64,000 nt of DNA from sequence record KY608965.1; one strand, 5' to 3'. Numbering within the stretch: the first letter of the stretch is position 1; each line of letters starts with the position of its first letter. The DNA comes from Escherichia phage phiEC1. The translations under genes and the position numbers were made by a program. Of this stretch, positions 35,632-45,939 are shown piece by piece. The notes below the pieces were generated by a model. The model saw only the letters and a list, made by a program, of their open reading frames with translations. It was not told the origin of the DNA and did no database searches.

Positions 35632-36797
35632 TCCGGGTACCTCAAAGCGTCATCAGAGTTAGTTATATCAATAATAGATATAGAGTTTTCTGATAACCCA
35701 TTTTTAGATAACTGACGTTTATAATATCTTTCACAATATGTACACGTCGTCCCGCAGATTTCATTAGCACAATCGAAATCTGGATGTCTGAACCACCTTT
35801 TTTCTAAAAAGCCATCTAACAAAGAGGTTTCAATATTTACTGTATGTGAAAACTCAGTTTCGTTTTCAAGAGTGAAAATAGTCTCTAAAGGCTTCCACAG
35901 TTCTAACAAATTACCTTCAAACTTTTCAGAAGCGTATGCTTCAAGAACTTTCAAAATGTAGTCTGTGCTACCTGTACGTCCTGAAACTTTGAATTGAGTG
36001 ATACCAATATCATTATAAAGTTTCAAATCTTGAGGACGAACAAAACGAGTTCTCAACCAGTTAAATGGGTCTGTATCACGAGCTTTAATACAGTGCTGCA
36101 TAGGATATCCGTTTAAGGATTTAGCATCATCAGCTGTAACATCAGTACTATGGAAAATATAGCAAGAGTCACGATAGCTACAATGTGTTGTATACCCTTT
36201 ACCAGCATTAGAACAGAACTCATTTACAAGAACTTCAAATATTATATTGTTCTTATTGCAAAACTCTGCTGCACGCTTCAGGAAAGAAACTGAACGGTTC
36301 TTATGAATTCCGCAACAGACTTTTTTGATGTTATATTGGTCGTGCAAGTATTTGATTTGAGTTACGGCATCAACATGTAGAATTGTTGAAACTTCAATCT
36401 CAATATCTTTATTGACTTCACGAACAATTTCCATAACAACAGGGTTAGCGATAGTAATACGCCATACGCCTATTGACCAAAGATACTGAACATAATCCTG
36501 AATAGCTTTCTTCTTCCACTCAACTAGTTCTCTTTTTGAACCAGGATTTATCGTGTTGAGTGTATAGTTAAAGCAAATACCTAATTCGTTACAACGTTTA
36601 ACGTAGTCTTCTAACATCTTTTTGTCAACGTCAGGAAGCCTAAAATCAGGTCTGGCTGCTACAAAAGCCATTTCTCTTGTAGAGCCATATACTTCGTTTA
36701 TCAAGCTATTAGGATAGGTTTTATTGAGCTCTACGATTTTATCAAGAAGAGCTAAATCAAAATTCGTTCCGATTTTAAAAGTATTCATTTTTTGCAT
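35628..36797 (-). CDS. Cys-rich enzyme of unknown family (389 aa; possible TIM-barrel sugar isomerase/epimerase-like or U32-like Fe-S protein)
   Basis: N-terminal FKIGTNFD...; C-terminal cluster DFDCANEICGTTCTYCERYY; family assignment is tentative. Confidence 0.35.
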   Translation of the reverse strand: MQKMNTFKIGTNFDLALLDKIVELNKTYPNSLINEVYGSTREMAFVAARPDFRLPDVDKKMLEDYVKRCNELGICFNYTLNTINPGSKRELVEWKKKAIQDYVQYLWSIGVWRITIANPVVMEIVREVNKDIEIEVSTILHVDAVTQIKYLHDQYNIKKVCCGIHKNRSVSFLKRAAEFCNKNNIIFEVLVNEFCSNAGKGYTTHCSYRDSCYIFHSTDVTADDAKSLNGYPMQHCIKARDTDPFNWLRTRFVRPQDLKLYNDIGITQFKVSGRTGSTDYILKVLEAYASEKFEGNLLELWKPLETIFTLENETEFSHTVNIETSLLDGFLEKRWFRHPDFDCANEICGTTCTYCERYYKRQLSKNGLSENSISIIDITNSDDALRYPE

Positions 36798-36844
36798 CTC
36801 GCGTTAATTGATGCGATGGTTTTTTGCAGGTCTTACTTAAATTA

Positions 36845-37231
36845 TTATAGATTCGGTTTATATGATTTAAATGTTTCGAATTCGCCTTTATTCATAAGAG
36901 CTTTGAATTCGTCAGGACGCATAGCTTTGTCGTCGATAATCCAATCATATACTGGTTTATGTGTTAGCAAATTATGATACTTCAAACCAATGTTTTCCAA
37001 GTTCTGAATCAGACTTGGGAGAATGTCAATTGCTATACGTCCAGGACCTACTGACTTCATACCGCGTGCAGTATAAAGCGTTATAGTATGCCCTGCATCA
37101 TACAGGGCATTAATGGCGGTCACCATTTCGACGTCTGGTTTGAAGTTCACATAATCACGATTGTTATTCCACTCTGTTATACAATCATCGACATCAAAAC
37201 AAAGATTAAGCATGTTTTCTACACGGTGCAT
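36845..37231 (-). CDS. HAD-superfamily phosphatase
   Basis: Start set to ATG at 37231 (TAATG coupling); HAD motif I FDVDDCI near the N-terminus and a C-terminal DD pair. Confidence 0.55.
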   Translation of the reverse strand: MHRVENMLNLCFDVDDCITEWNNNRDYVNFKPDVEMVTAINALYDAGHTITLYTARGMKSVGPGRIAIDILPSLIQNLENIGLKYHNLLTHKPVYDWIIDDKAMRPDEFKALMNKGEFETFKSYKPNL

Positions 37232-38916
37232 TAGATTCGTTCCCATTGATGAGTGATATCGCCACCGATTGGACGATAGGAAACACCAGTTTCTTTATCA
37301 GTTAGTACCCATTTACCAGGATTTTTTGTAATCAGAGTAGCCGTTACAGGTTCTGCTACGTCATAACTAATAGAGCCGTCTTGAAGTACACGGCCCATGT
37401 TACGTAATTGCTTAGTCAGAAGTTCCATACCTTTATAATATGCGGCAACCGCTTTAAGTGGATTATTCTTGAAATAACCACCTAATGCAATCCAAATAAT
37501 TGCTACAGCCAAATGATGATACTCGTTAAACGAACTCATCTTTCCATATTTGTAAACTAATGGATTGATGTTAATAGTCACATTACAAGTTGTTTCATCA
37601 ATAGTAAACTGTCCCCAGGTCGGATTAGCATTGAATTCATCATAACCTGAAACAGCATAAAGCACTTTAGCTTCATCATACAATTTTGGCCCGTAAATCT
37701 TGGTTTCACCAAAATATCCACGAGGGTCGATAAACTTGACTTCGCCGTTATCAGTAATCATAGTATTACTGAAGTTTGGGTCACCGTGAATAACAGAGTA
37801 CTGTCCCTGAGAACGGTTATGATAACGAATAAGATGTTCTAAAGCTTGTTTCAACATTGGCTTCAGACGTCCAATCTTAGTGTAGTTCACGTGTGTGATT
37901 TTACCAAATGAATCAATCAATGGCTGAATGCTTTCACAACGATCAATAACTTTCGTATAGAACTCTTTAGTGAAATCACGGCGAACAGTTTCAGGACTTA
38001 CAAAATAAGTGTCTGTGCTGAATTTCAGTGCATCTAAAATTGCATCAACAATTTGTGGACGAGCAAGACTTGATTTGGATTTAATATATTCAAATGCCGG
38101 CTTACCTTTAATACGTTCCATTTCAAAATTATTTTCATTTACCGAAACTAACTGAGGAACTGAATCTGATTTCACTTTCAAATACCATGAAATCTCATCT
38201 TTTTGAAGAGCTCGACCTTGTTCGGTTAACGCGAATTTAGTTACAGTTTCTTCGCCAATTTCAACTGCATTAAAACTACGATTAAGTTCACGAACTTCAT
38301 GAGCTTTTTCAAGTTTAGGCATATCACCTAAATCAATTAGATTCATAAGCTCTGATTTATTGAATGCACTGCCGTAAAGGAATTCTACGAAATCACGTCC
38401 TTTGCAGTATTCGTGAATTTCCTCGTCAGTAGAACCCATGTAGAATTCCCAGTCTTTGAACTGATAAATTCCTACAACATTACCGCCTGTTGAACCTACG
38501 TTAGTGATATTTTCACCATCGAAATTATATCGACATTCATCACCCTTAACATAGATTGCGTTAACATTCCAAGACCATGAACCAAAATCAGGAATAATAT
38601 CACACCAGTTAACAATTACATTATGGCCATCTAAATCTTTGTATAATTTAGCAAGAGCATAAGCAGAACCATACGCTTCATCAACTGTACGAATAGTCAC
38701 ATTGAACCCTTCTTGCTCACAATAAGCTCGAACAGTTTCAGCAAATTTTGAATGAACTACTACAATAATTTCATCTGCGCCAAGGTCAGAATAAATTGTA
38801 TACAAATTGCTCAGAATAGTGTCTTGCTTATAGTTCACAAGAACTTTTGGAATATGGTGAGTAATTGGATATAAACGAGTTGCCAATCCAGCACCAAGAA
38901 TAACAGCTTTTTTCAT
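37231..38916 (-). CDS. bifunctional sugar-1-phosphate nucleotidyltransferase (RmlA/MurU-like, N-terminal) / anomeric sugar kinase (APH/AmgK-like, C-terminal)
   Basis: 561 aa; N-terminal KAVILGAGLATRLYPIT (G-x-G-T-R-x-x-P-x-T nucleotidyltransferase signature); C-terminal HGDPNFSN and FIDPRG kinase catalytic-loop motifs. Confidence 0.65.
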   Translation of the reverse strand: MKKAVILGAGLATRLYPITHHIPKVLVNYKQDTILSNLYTIYSDLGADEIIVVVHSKFAETVRAYCEQEGFNVTIRTVDEAYGSAYALAKLYKDLDGHNVIVNWCDIIPDFGSWSWNVNAIYVKGDECRYNFDGENITNVGSTGGNVVGIYQFKDWEFYMGSTDEEIHEYCKGRDFVEFLYGSAFNKSELMNLIDLGDMPKLEKAHEVRELNRSFNAVEIGEETVTKFALTEQGRALQKDEISWYLKVKSDSVPQLVSVNENNFEMERIKGKPAFEYIKSKSSLARPQIVDAILDALKFSTDTYFVSPETVRRDFTKEFYTKVIDRCESIQPLIDSFGKITHVNYTKIGRLKPMLKQALEHLIRYHNRSQGQYSVIHGDPNFSNTMITDNGEVKFIDPRGYFGETKIYGPKLYDEAKVLYAVSGYDEFNANPTWGQFTIDETTCNVTININPLVYKYGKMSSFNEYHHLAVAIIWIALGGYFKNNPLKAVAAYYKGMELLTKQLRNMGRVLQDGSISYDVAEPVTATLITKNPGKWVLTDKETGVSYRPIGGDITHQWERI

Positions 38917-38957
38917 GTTGAAGTCCTCATTGGTAAGTAGGTGTATTGTACACTATT

Positions 38958-39101
38958 CTAGTTAAAGCATTCATACTTTGCTTGTAGTCCAATCATAATC
39001 CATCCAATTACAAGTGTTGGAATCATTACTGGAGCCGTTAAGCTCCAGTAGATAGTCATGACAAGCATCAATAGTAAAAGTCCTATTGTTATTGCTTTCA
39101 T
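38958..39101 (-). CDS. small membrane peptide (47 aa)
   Basis: ATGA-coupled to the SIS gene stop; single hydrophobic helix; below track cutoff. Confidence 0.35.
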   Translation of the reverse strand: MKAITIGLLLLMLVMTIYWSLTAPVMIPTLVIGWIMIGLQAKYECFN

Positions 39102-39733
39102 TGTTCGCCTCGTAACATGGCACCTAGTGCACCGCCTGGATGGAACTTAAGGAAGTCATTAGAGGTAAATCCACGTTCAGACGAAAGGTTGATAGCAAAC
39201 GTATCGATAAGCGCTAACAACAATGTAGTGGACATGGTCGGAGCCAGAGAATTCTCGTCAACCTCTACCGCGATACCGGTACAGAACGTATAATCAAAAA
39301 GAGCTTCGTATTCTTGCGGAATGTCAGGGTTACAATGTAACAGAATCTGTTTAACCTGAGGACGAATCATACGAAGATGTTTAGCAACACCTATCATTTC
39401 TTCAGTCTTACCAGAACGACTGATGTGAACTAATACATCATTGGGTGCAATAAATCCTGCATCCCCATGAGAATAATGCCCAGTGTTCAAGTACATACTC
39501 GGGATACCGAGTGAAGCAAAAGTCTCTGAAGCTTTAGTTGCGATATTAGCGTTCTTACCAACACCTGTAATAATTACACGACTTTCATAATTACTCAGTC
39601 CAGGGCGACGAAGAGTTTCAAGAATAACATTATATCGGGCAGAGTTTTGACTAATTACTTTAGCCATAGTGGCAAGAGATGAAGCTTGTTTTACGATTGC
39701 GTCAATAGCGATAGTGATTGGTGTAGTTTTCAT
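39098..39733 (-). CDS. SIS-domain sugar-phosphate isomerase (arabinose-5-phosphate isomerase KdsD/GutQ-like catalytic domain, no CBS domains)
   Basis: 211 aa; ITGVGKNANIA, HGDAGFIAP, ISRSGKTEE, LAPTMSTT and HPGGALG motifs characteristic of KdsD-type SIS domains. Confidence 0.7.
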   Translation of the reverse strand: MKTTPITIAIDAIVKQASSLATMAKVISQNSARYNVILETLRRPGLSNYESRVIITGVGKNANIATKASETFASLGIPSMYLNTGHYSHGDAGFIAPNDVLVHISRSGKTEEMIGVAKHLRMIRPQVKQILLHCNPDIPQEYEALFDYTFCTGIAVEVDENSLAPTMSTTLLLALIDTFAINLSSERGFTSNDFLKFHPGGALGAMLRGEQ

Positions 39734-39773
39734 ATTTCTCTCATTTAATTAGTTGGCCGTCCTTGGCATTATA

Positions 39774-42485
39774 TCAAAAATCGAACATATCGAACAGAGA
39801 TGCTTTCTTCTCGTAATCGAGTTTCGCTGCTGATGTGAATCCTTCAAGTGGTTTAATAAATGTCTTCTCAAGGAGAACAGTGTAGTCCATCCAATGAAGT
39901 ACGTCGTCTTTAATTAAATCTGTGATTTCAGTACCAGAAGGCCATGCGATACATTTATCACCGAACGGGTTTCCATCACGTAAAGGCAGAACGTATACCT
40001 TTTCGCCTTCTACAACTTGTGGAGCATCAATATTACCTTTGATAGCCCGGTTATATGTCAGAATTCCACGAATATGGAACGGACATTTAGGACCAGGGAA
40101 TCCACCAACGTCATATTTAGCAATGTTATTCGCAGAAGATACCGACGCGATGCTAATATAATTCAATTGACGGAATTCTTTTTCAAACTCTTTAAAATAT
40201 TCTTGTAATGATTCTTCACCTTCTTGAAGCATACGACGAATACATTCTTTAAGAGCTTTCTGTACTGCTTTAGGGGTCGAAGATTTCTGAGTCTCTAGAC
40301 CCATGATTTTGAGTTTAGGCTCAGCGTAACGAGTACCTTCCATATCCCACACGTTTAATGCGTAACGTTTCTTACCAGTCCAGAATCCACCAATACCTTT
40401 AGAACCGAGCGGAGGACCAGCGATAGCTTCTCGGTCCATGAACATTAAGTGTTGTTTATTGTTCATGTATTCACACATTTCACGGAAACCTCTATCAATA
40501 GCTGGTTCCATACGTTCACGTGCAAACTTATCTAAGAAGTCTACCCAATGGTTGGTATCACGGAATTTAGATTCACCAACCTTATCAATAATTTTATCTG
40601 CAGATACATAAATGGAGTCTGTATCACCATATAGAACGAAAGCTTCACCTTCTGTACCACAAACTTCATTCAGATATTCATTAACTTTACGTTCAATCCA
40701 CTGTAAAGCCATTTGTCCAAATGTTGTGATTGCAGTAGCATTACGCAAATCATAATAACGGAACCAAACGTTGCCAAGTGCACCATAAAGTGAGTTGATA
40801 AGCAATTTACGGTTAATTTGTGCAGTCATACCTGCAACTTCAGTACGTTGAGCTCTAAACAACATTTCATTAAGAGATTTAGCAGACAACTTTTTAATCT
40901 TTTCTTTAATCTCGTCAGTGAAGTCGAAACGATAATCAACATCTAATGGTTCGTCAACAGAAAGATTAGGATTATGCAATGCCTCTTTAATTATTTCACC
41001 ATTACGTTGAGCCGCAAGCATGTAACCTTTATGTTCTTTACGTTGATTAAAGACCTTAGTGATTTCAGTTGGAACTACACCGTCACGGTCTTTATAATAC
41101 ATCATGCCGTTAGGAGAGCAACTGTACACATCTGAAGGACGTTCAGCGATTGCGTTAATATAATCATGCAGTGGAGCTACTTTAAACGTTCCTGCTATTG
41201 TTTCTGGGCTAATATTCACTTGGCGAATAATACTTGGATACAGAGATGTAAGGTCGAAACTCATTACATATTTGTATCGATTTGGAATAGGTTCCTTAAC
41301 AAAAGCGCCAGGATAAGGTTGAACCGGGTGAGAACGACCTTGTGGAATCACCTTGTTTTGTTCTTTAAGGCTATTAAAAATAATAGCATCCCATGTTTTA
41401 ATTGGGCTAAACACAGATTGAATCTGTATCTTAGCATAATAACCCATGTCCAAACTCAAGTTGATGAACTGACGCTTAGCATCAATTTGCAATACACGAT
41501 ACACGTCGATAATGTTATAAGAAATATATCGTTGGTGATTGCTTTCACGAAGCTTAGAAATAGGACCGTCATATTTCAGTTTACCGACATTCAATTCAAA
41601 TTCTGAAATGTAATCCAGAGAATACGACGGTTGATTGGTAAAAGAGAATTTTTTGTAAAGGTCAATGTAATCAAGAACAGAGATACCGAACAATGTAATG
41701 ATTTCACGAGAACCATACATGTTTTCGATAACTTTAACACGAGTTTTACGATGTGGTGATAAACGTTTCGCAGTAGATTCGCCAAAAATATTCTTGATTC
41801 GGTTATACACATATGGAATATCAAATGACTCAACGTTCCATCCAGTCAAAATGACAGGAGTTTTCTGTTGCCAGAAGTTGAGATATTCCATCAACAATTC
41901 TTTTTCGTTATCGAACGGCATATAAATGATTTTATCAATAATTTCGGATGGAACTTCATCACCACCTTGTTCTTGAAGCTTAGCTGCAATTTCGATAGAC
42001 CATTCTTCTACATTACCATATGGAGAATTCAATAGATCAAATACGTAGAACCTGTCGTCAATTGAGTCATAATGGGTGATAGCATCAATCGGATGTTTTG
42101 CTTGTGACGGCTCAGGAAACCCATCCGGAGATGTTACTTCGATGTCGAAGTTAGCCACACGAATTTTTGTATGGTCGTATTTGATTTCATAGTTATAAGT
42201 GTCAGACAAATACGCTAATTTGAAATCGTCCATGCCAAGTGCTTCAAGACCGATATCTTCCATGCGTTTAATCCATTGAGACGCATCACGCATATTAGCG
42301 AACAACTTACGAGTACACGGCTTACCGTAGATATCGAAATATTTCGTAGCTTGACTTTCCGGACAATGAGCAAACAGTGATGGTTTATATTCTACTTCAC
42401 GAGTACGTTCACGGCCATTAGAATCGATGTAACGTTCAAAAATTGAATCACCAATCTGTTCAACCGTTAAGTAAAATTCTTTCAT
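39774..42485 (-). CDS. 43: DNA polymerase (family B) with 3'-5' exonuclease
   Basis: 903 aa; MKEFYLTVEQIGDSIFERYIDSNGRERTREVEYKPSLFAH..., exo motifs FDIE and YNIIDV, polymerase motifs SLYPSII and YGDTDS; N-terminus is the RB69-type sequence as recalled. Confidence 0.97.
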   Translation of the reverse strand: MKEFYLTVEQIGDSIFERYIDSNGRERTREVEYKPSLFAHCPESQATKYFDIYGKPCTRKLFANMRDASQWIKRMEDIGLEALGMDDFKLAYLSDTYNYEIKYDHTKIRVANFDIEVTSPDGFPEPSQAKHPIDAITHYDSIDDRFYVFDLLNSPYGNVEEWSIEIAAKLQEQGGDEVPSEIIDKIIYMPFDNEKELLMEYLNFWQQKTPVILTGWNVESFDIPYVYNRIKNIFGESTAKRLSPHRKTRVKVIENMYGSREIITLFGISVLDYIDLYKKFSFTNQPSYSLDYISEFELNVGKLKYDGPISKLRESNHQRYISYNIIDVYRVLQIDAKRQFINLSLDMGYYAKIQIQSVFSPIKTWDAIIFNSLKEQNKVIPQGRSHPVQPYPGAFVKEPIPNRYKYVMSFDLTSLYPSIIRQVNISPETIAGTFKVAPLHDYINAIAERPSDVYSCSPNGMMYYKDRDGVVPTEITKVFNQRKEHKGYMLAAQRNGEIIKEALHNPNLSVDEPLDVDYRFDFTDEIKEKIKKLSAKSLNEMLFRAQRTEVAGMTAQINRKLLINSLYGALGNVWFRYYDLRNATAITTFGQMALQWIERKVNEYLNEVCGTEGEAFVLYGDTDSIYVSADKIIDKVGESKFRDTNHWVDFLDKFARERMEPAIDRGFREMCEYMNNKQHLMFMDREAIAGPPLGSKGIGGFWTGKKRYALNVWDMEGTRYAEPKLKIMGLETQKSSTPKAVQKALKECIRRMLQEGEESLQEYFKEFEKEFRQLNYISIASVSSANNIAKYDVGGFPGPKCPFHIRGILTYNRAIKGNIDAPQVVEGEKVYVLPLRDGNPFGDKCIAWPSGTEITDLIKDDVLHWMDYTVLLEKTFIKPLEGFTSAAKLDYEKKASLFDMFDF

Positions 42486-42545
42486 TTAATTTCCTTTAGA
42501 CGAGTTATTGTCTTTTGTTTGTTGATGAACTTATTATACTCCAAA

Positions 42546-42561
42546 TGGGACCGAAGTCCCA
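42546..42561 (-). terminator. terminator-like hairpin (UGGGAC-UUCG-GUCCCA) downstream of regA
   Basis: Perfect stem with UUCG loop; only a short U-run follows. Confidence 0.35.
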
Positions 42562-42566
42562 TTGCT

Positions 42567-42935
42567 TTAATTACCAATTGTATATTTTGCTTTCAAAGTC
42601 CAGTCATCTTTCTGTTTAAAAGAGATAACACGGAAGTTATTAGTCAGGCTAAATAGATCTTCACGAGCAGAGTCTTCAATAACAATCAATCCCCAGTCTT
42701 CAAGCAACTGAGCAATCGAATCACGTCGCTGATAGTCTTCACCATCGATATCAACTTGACGTCCGTCCATACGCAGCATTTCTTTAAAGTGGACGATGTA
42801 GTATTTACCTTGCTTTTGGAGGATATGACAGGACTGATAAAGGATTTTATCCTTGTTATTAGCGATGCCCATACGGGTCAAAGTCTCTTTGACTTTCAGA
42901 AAATCTTCAGGGTTCTTCAATTTAATTTCAATCAT
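42567..42935 (-). CDS. regA: translational repressor RegA
   Basis: Start set to ATG at 42935 (MIEIKLKNPEDFLKVKETLTRMGIANNKDK...), giving 122 aa as in T4 RegA. Confidence 0.9.
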   Translation of the reverse strand: MIEIKLKNPEDFLKVKETLTRMGIANNKDKILYQSCHILQKQGKYYIVHFKEMLRMDGRQVDIDGEDYQRRDSIAQLLEDWGLIVIEDSAREDLFSLTNNFRVISFKQKDDWTLKAKYTIGN

Positions 42936-42937
42936 TT

Positions 42938-43501
42938 TTACCATTCCAATGCTAATTTTTTAAATTGTTTTTGTTCTTTTACGTTTTTAGTAACTTCTTT
43001 GAGAAATTCATCAGTGACCATGGCCTTCAGTTCTTTAAGGACTATTGGCAGCTTGTTATTTTTTTCAAGGAGCCGCTTATACTCGGTAGCATCATTCATG
43101 TTGATTGTGTAATGTTTCATCAACAGTTTGATAACTAGTAACTCTGAAGTGTCTTCGACTAGTTTAGCCCATTTAGAGAATCGACGACCACGCGGAATTG
43201 CCGCCATCATATAGTTGAAGTGTGCTTCATCGCTTAATTCAGAACCGACTAAGTTCATCATGTAAACGGCTGGCATACATTCTGGAAACTGGGATAATGA
43301 GTTCTCAACCATAAATTTTGAGTAGTCGACCTGAGCAATTGACATAGATTTCTTTTCATTAATAGCATTAATGATTTTAAAGAATTCATTCTCAGGTTTT
43401 TCTTTAAACATATCAGCACATTTTTGAATCGCATCAGCGTCATTAGACTTCCATGCAATTTGGTGCTCGTTAAGCTGGACGTCATCATCGAATAAGTTCA
43501 T
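42938..43501 (-). CDS. 62: clamp-loader subunit
   Basis: 187 aa, same size and position as T4 gp62. Confidence 0.9.
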   Translation of the reverse strand: MNLFDDDVQLNEHQIAWKSNDADAIQKCADMFKEKPENEFFKIINAINEKKSMSIAQVDYSKFMVENSLSQFPECMPAVYMMNLVGSELSDEAHFNYMMAAIPRGRRFSKWAKLVEDTSELLVIKLLMKHYTINMNDATEYKRLLEKNNKLPIVLKELKAMVTDEFLKEVTKNVKEQKQFKKLALEW

Positions 43502-43502
43502 A

Positions 43503-44465
43503 TTATTTCCAAGTCAGTTCACAGGTCAGTTGAAGAAGCATATACATAACATGTAATTCAATATTACTTGCTAATCCGTGAAACTTATTATTTTCGCCTG
43601 CAATTTCATAAAGCGAAATAATACTTTTACCAGGTGCAACTTGGTCATAACATTCTGAAACTAATTTATCGATGAACCATGAATAATCTGCGGCATATTT
43701 TGGAGCTAATGCACGAAGCTGTTTTATATCTTTGTTCTTCATTGCTTCGATAACGTCAGAGACTGTGCCACGGTCATTAGTTACGATAGACAAAATACCA
43801 GCATCAAGAACACCTTTAGACGAGTACTGGTCTAATTGACCAATTGTACGACGAAAGTCCGGGAAGTTCTTTTTAACCAGAGCTGCAACAACTTTCATAT
43901 CAGCGATTTCGATATTTTCGTTCTTACAGATTTCAACCATACGATGAATCATTTTCTTCATCATCGAGATTTTATCTTCTTCGGTTGGACGTCCGAATTC
44001 GATAACTCGACAACGACTACGTAATGGTTCAATAATTCCATCGATGTTGTTAGCAGTAATAACAATAGAGCAGTTACTAGAGAATTCTTCCATAAACGTA
44101 CGAAGGTGACGTTGTGATTCGGCGAGGCCACTACGGTCAAATTCATCAATAACAATAACTTTCGGCTTGCCTTCCATTGAGACTGAACGAGCGAATGCAG
44201 TTAACGGACCACGCACAAAATCAATCTTACAATCAGAACCATTGACAAACATCATTTCGGCATTGATATCATTACATAATGCTTTTGCTACGGTTGTTTT
44301 ACCTGTACCAGGAGAAGGAGAGTGCAAAATAATATGAGGAAGTTTTCCTTTAGATACTAAAGACTTGAATGTTTCATGGTCATACGCAGGCAGAATACAT
44401 TCGTCAATGGAAGAAGGACGATATTTCTGTTCTAGAATGTGTTCTTTGGAATTGATAGTAATCAT
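43503..44465 (-). CDS. 44: clamp-loader ATPase subunit (AAA+)
   Basis: 320 aa; Walker [11 protein letters not shown], Walker [12 protein letters not shown] motif. Confidence 0.95.
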   Translation of the reverse strand: MITINSKEHILEQKYRPSSIDECILPAYDHETFKSLVSKGKLPHIILHSPSPGTGKTTVAKALCNDINAEMMFVNGSDCKIDFVRGPLTAFARSVSMEGKPKVIVIDEFDRSGLAESQRHLRTFMEEFSSNCSIVITANNIDGIIEPLRSRCRVIEFGRPTEEDKISMMKKMIHRMVEICKNENIEIADMKVVAALVKKNFPDFRRTIGQLDQYSSKGVLDAGILSIVTNDRGTVSDVIEAMKNKDIKQLRALAPKYAADYSWFIDKLVSECYDQVAPGKSIISLYEIAGENNKFHGLASNIELHVMYMLLQLTCELTWK

Positions 44466-44540
44466 GTAATTTTCCTCATTATCATTAAACTGGAGGATTT
44501 CTCCTCCATAATCGTACTACATTAAACGTAAAGCTTTGAC

Positions 44541-45227
44541 TTAGAAGTCGTGAGTAGAATCGGCTTCCATTGCAATAACATAACTTACTTGAGAGCTTTC
44601 AAACTTGGCTGCAACTTTATCACCAGCTCCCCACAACATTACTTTATAGTTACCTGGCTGGATTTTCATATTAGCCATATTGATTACAAAGTTAAAGTTA
44701 TTAGAACCATCATAATCGGTAAGAGTCAAAGAATACTTAGGACGAGTTAGTCCAGAATCTTCAACTTTATTATAACCATTGATAACAATTTTACCATCTT
44801 TATTTGTAATAGCAATTGTATCAATCTGGAGACCACGTGAAACTCGAAGCAATTGTTGAAGGTCTTCAGCTTTAATTTCAGTAATCACAGAAGCCACTGG
44901 GAATTGAATTGGCTTATTAGGAAAAACAATGGTGCTCTTGTCGGCAGCAGGCCAATAAACTGTGGAACGTGTATCTGCAATTTTAATATTGCCATCAGTG
45001 TGCATTGAAATTTCAGCATCATCAGACACTAGACTCAAAATGCTTAAGAAGCTATTCAAATCATAAAGTGCTACGTCAAAATCAATTTCATCAGAGATAT
45101 TTGCTTCCGCATAAGTGGTGCCATTAACTGCACGGGTCATAATAAATTTACCTTGACTCAGCAGAATACCGGAGTTAATAGAGGCAAAGTTTTTCAGAAT
45201 AGCGATAGTATCTTTAGACAGTTTCAT
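44541..45227 (-). CDS. 45: sliding clamp
   Basis: Start set to ATG at 45227 (MKLSKDTIAILKNFASINSG...), 228 aa as in T4 gp45; AAGGAAA SD. Confidence 0.9.
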   Translation of the reverse strand: MKLSKDTIAILKNFASINSGILLSQGKFIMTRAVNGTTYAEANISDEIDFDVALYDLNSFLSILSLVSDDAEISMHTDGNIKIADTRSTVYWPAADKSTIVFPNKPIQFPVASVITEIKAEDLQQLLRVSRGLQIDTIAITNKDGKIVINGYNKVEDSGLTRPKYSLTLTDYDGSNNFNFVINMANMKIQPGNYKVMLWGAGDKVAAKFESSQVSYVIAMEADSTHDF

Positions 45228-45267
45228 TTTATTTCCTTTCAAGACAATTCAAAGTTTAACAAATTTA

Positions 45268-45684
45268 TTATGCAGCAACCATCTGCTTTTTAATAGCTTC
45301 AGGCAGTGATTCAATATATTCTGGAATTTTAGAAGCAACAATTTCGCCAGCTGCAATTAATTGTTCGTCGGCATCAACACAGTAGAAATCTTCCAGACGC
45401 TCAGAACCATCTTTATCAAGAACGATTTTTCCACCAGCTTCAATAGAATCTTTATAGTGCTTACGCATCAGATGAATCCACATATCAGATACATCATTAT
45501 CAATAAAACCATAAATCATAAAACGAGTTTCTTGTGGCAAAGATTGAAGCTTTTTAGCACTTGCGTCATCACAATGCAGGACCCATGCTTTACGAACACG
45601 ATTATGGTTATGTGGGTTAGCGTCAGTACGGATAGAAGTAACTTTCAGATCAGCAGCAGTGAAACCTTTAGCAGTAGTAAACAT
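45268..45684 (-). CDS. rpbA: RNA polymerase-binding protein RpbA-like
   Basis: 138 aa between 45 and 46 as in T4; assignment by position. Confidence 0.5.
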   Translation of the reverse strand: MFTTAKGFTAADLKVTSIRTDANPHNHNRVRKAWVLHCDDASAKKLQSLPQETRFMIYGFIDNDVSDMWIHLMRKHYKDSIEAGGKIVLDKDGSERLEDFYCVDADEQLIAAGEIVASKIPEYIESLPEAIKKQMVAA

Positions 45685-45696
45685 ATTATTTCTCTC

Positions 45697-45885
45697 TTAT
45701 TCGTAGAAGTCAGTAACTGTCCATGCGGAATTGCGATTAGACATTATTTTATTATACTCATCTTTAAAAGCAGATTTGAGCATTTGTTCAGTAACAATAT
45801 GTTCTTCACCTGAAAACGTATTGGTCAAAACATATTTTTTAATTTCAGGGACAACAAGAAGATGTTGTCCGGTTGAATACTCCAT
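45697..45885 (-). CDS. hypothetical protein (62 aa; 45.2 position)
   Basis: Start set to ATG with GGAGAA SD. Confidence 0.45.
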   Translation of the reverse strand: MEYSTGQHLLVVPEIKKYVLTNTFSGEEHIVTEQMLKSAFKDEYNKIMSNRNSAWTVTDFYE

Positions 45886-45939
45886 GTTGTTCTCCATTTA
45901 ATTTGATGTGGTCATTATAACCACATCGTGTTAAAGCGT

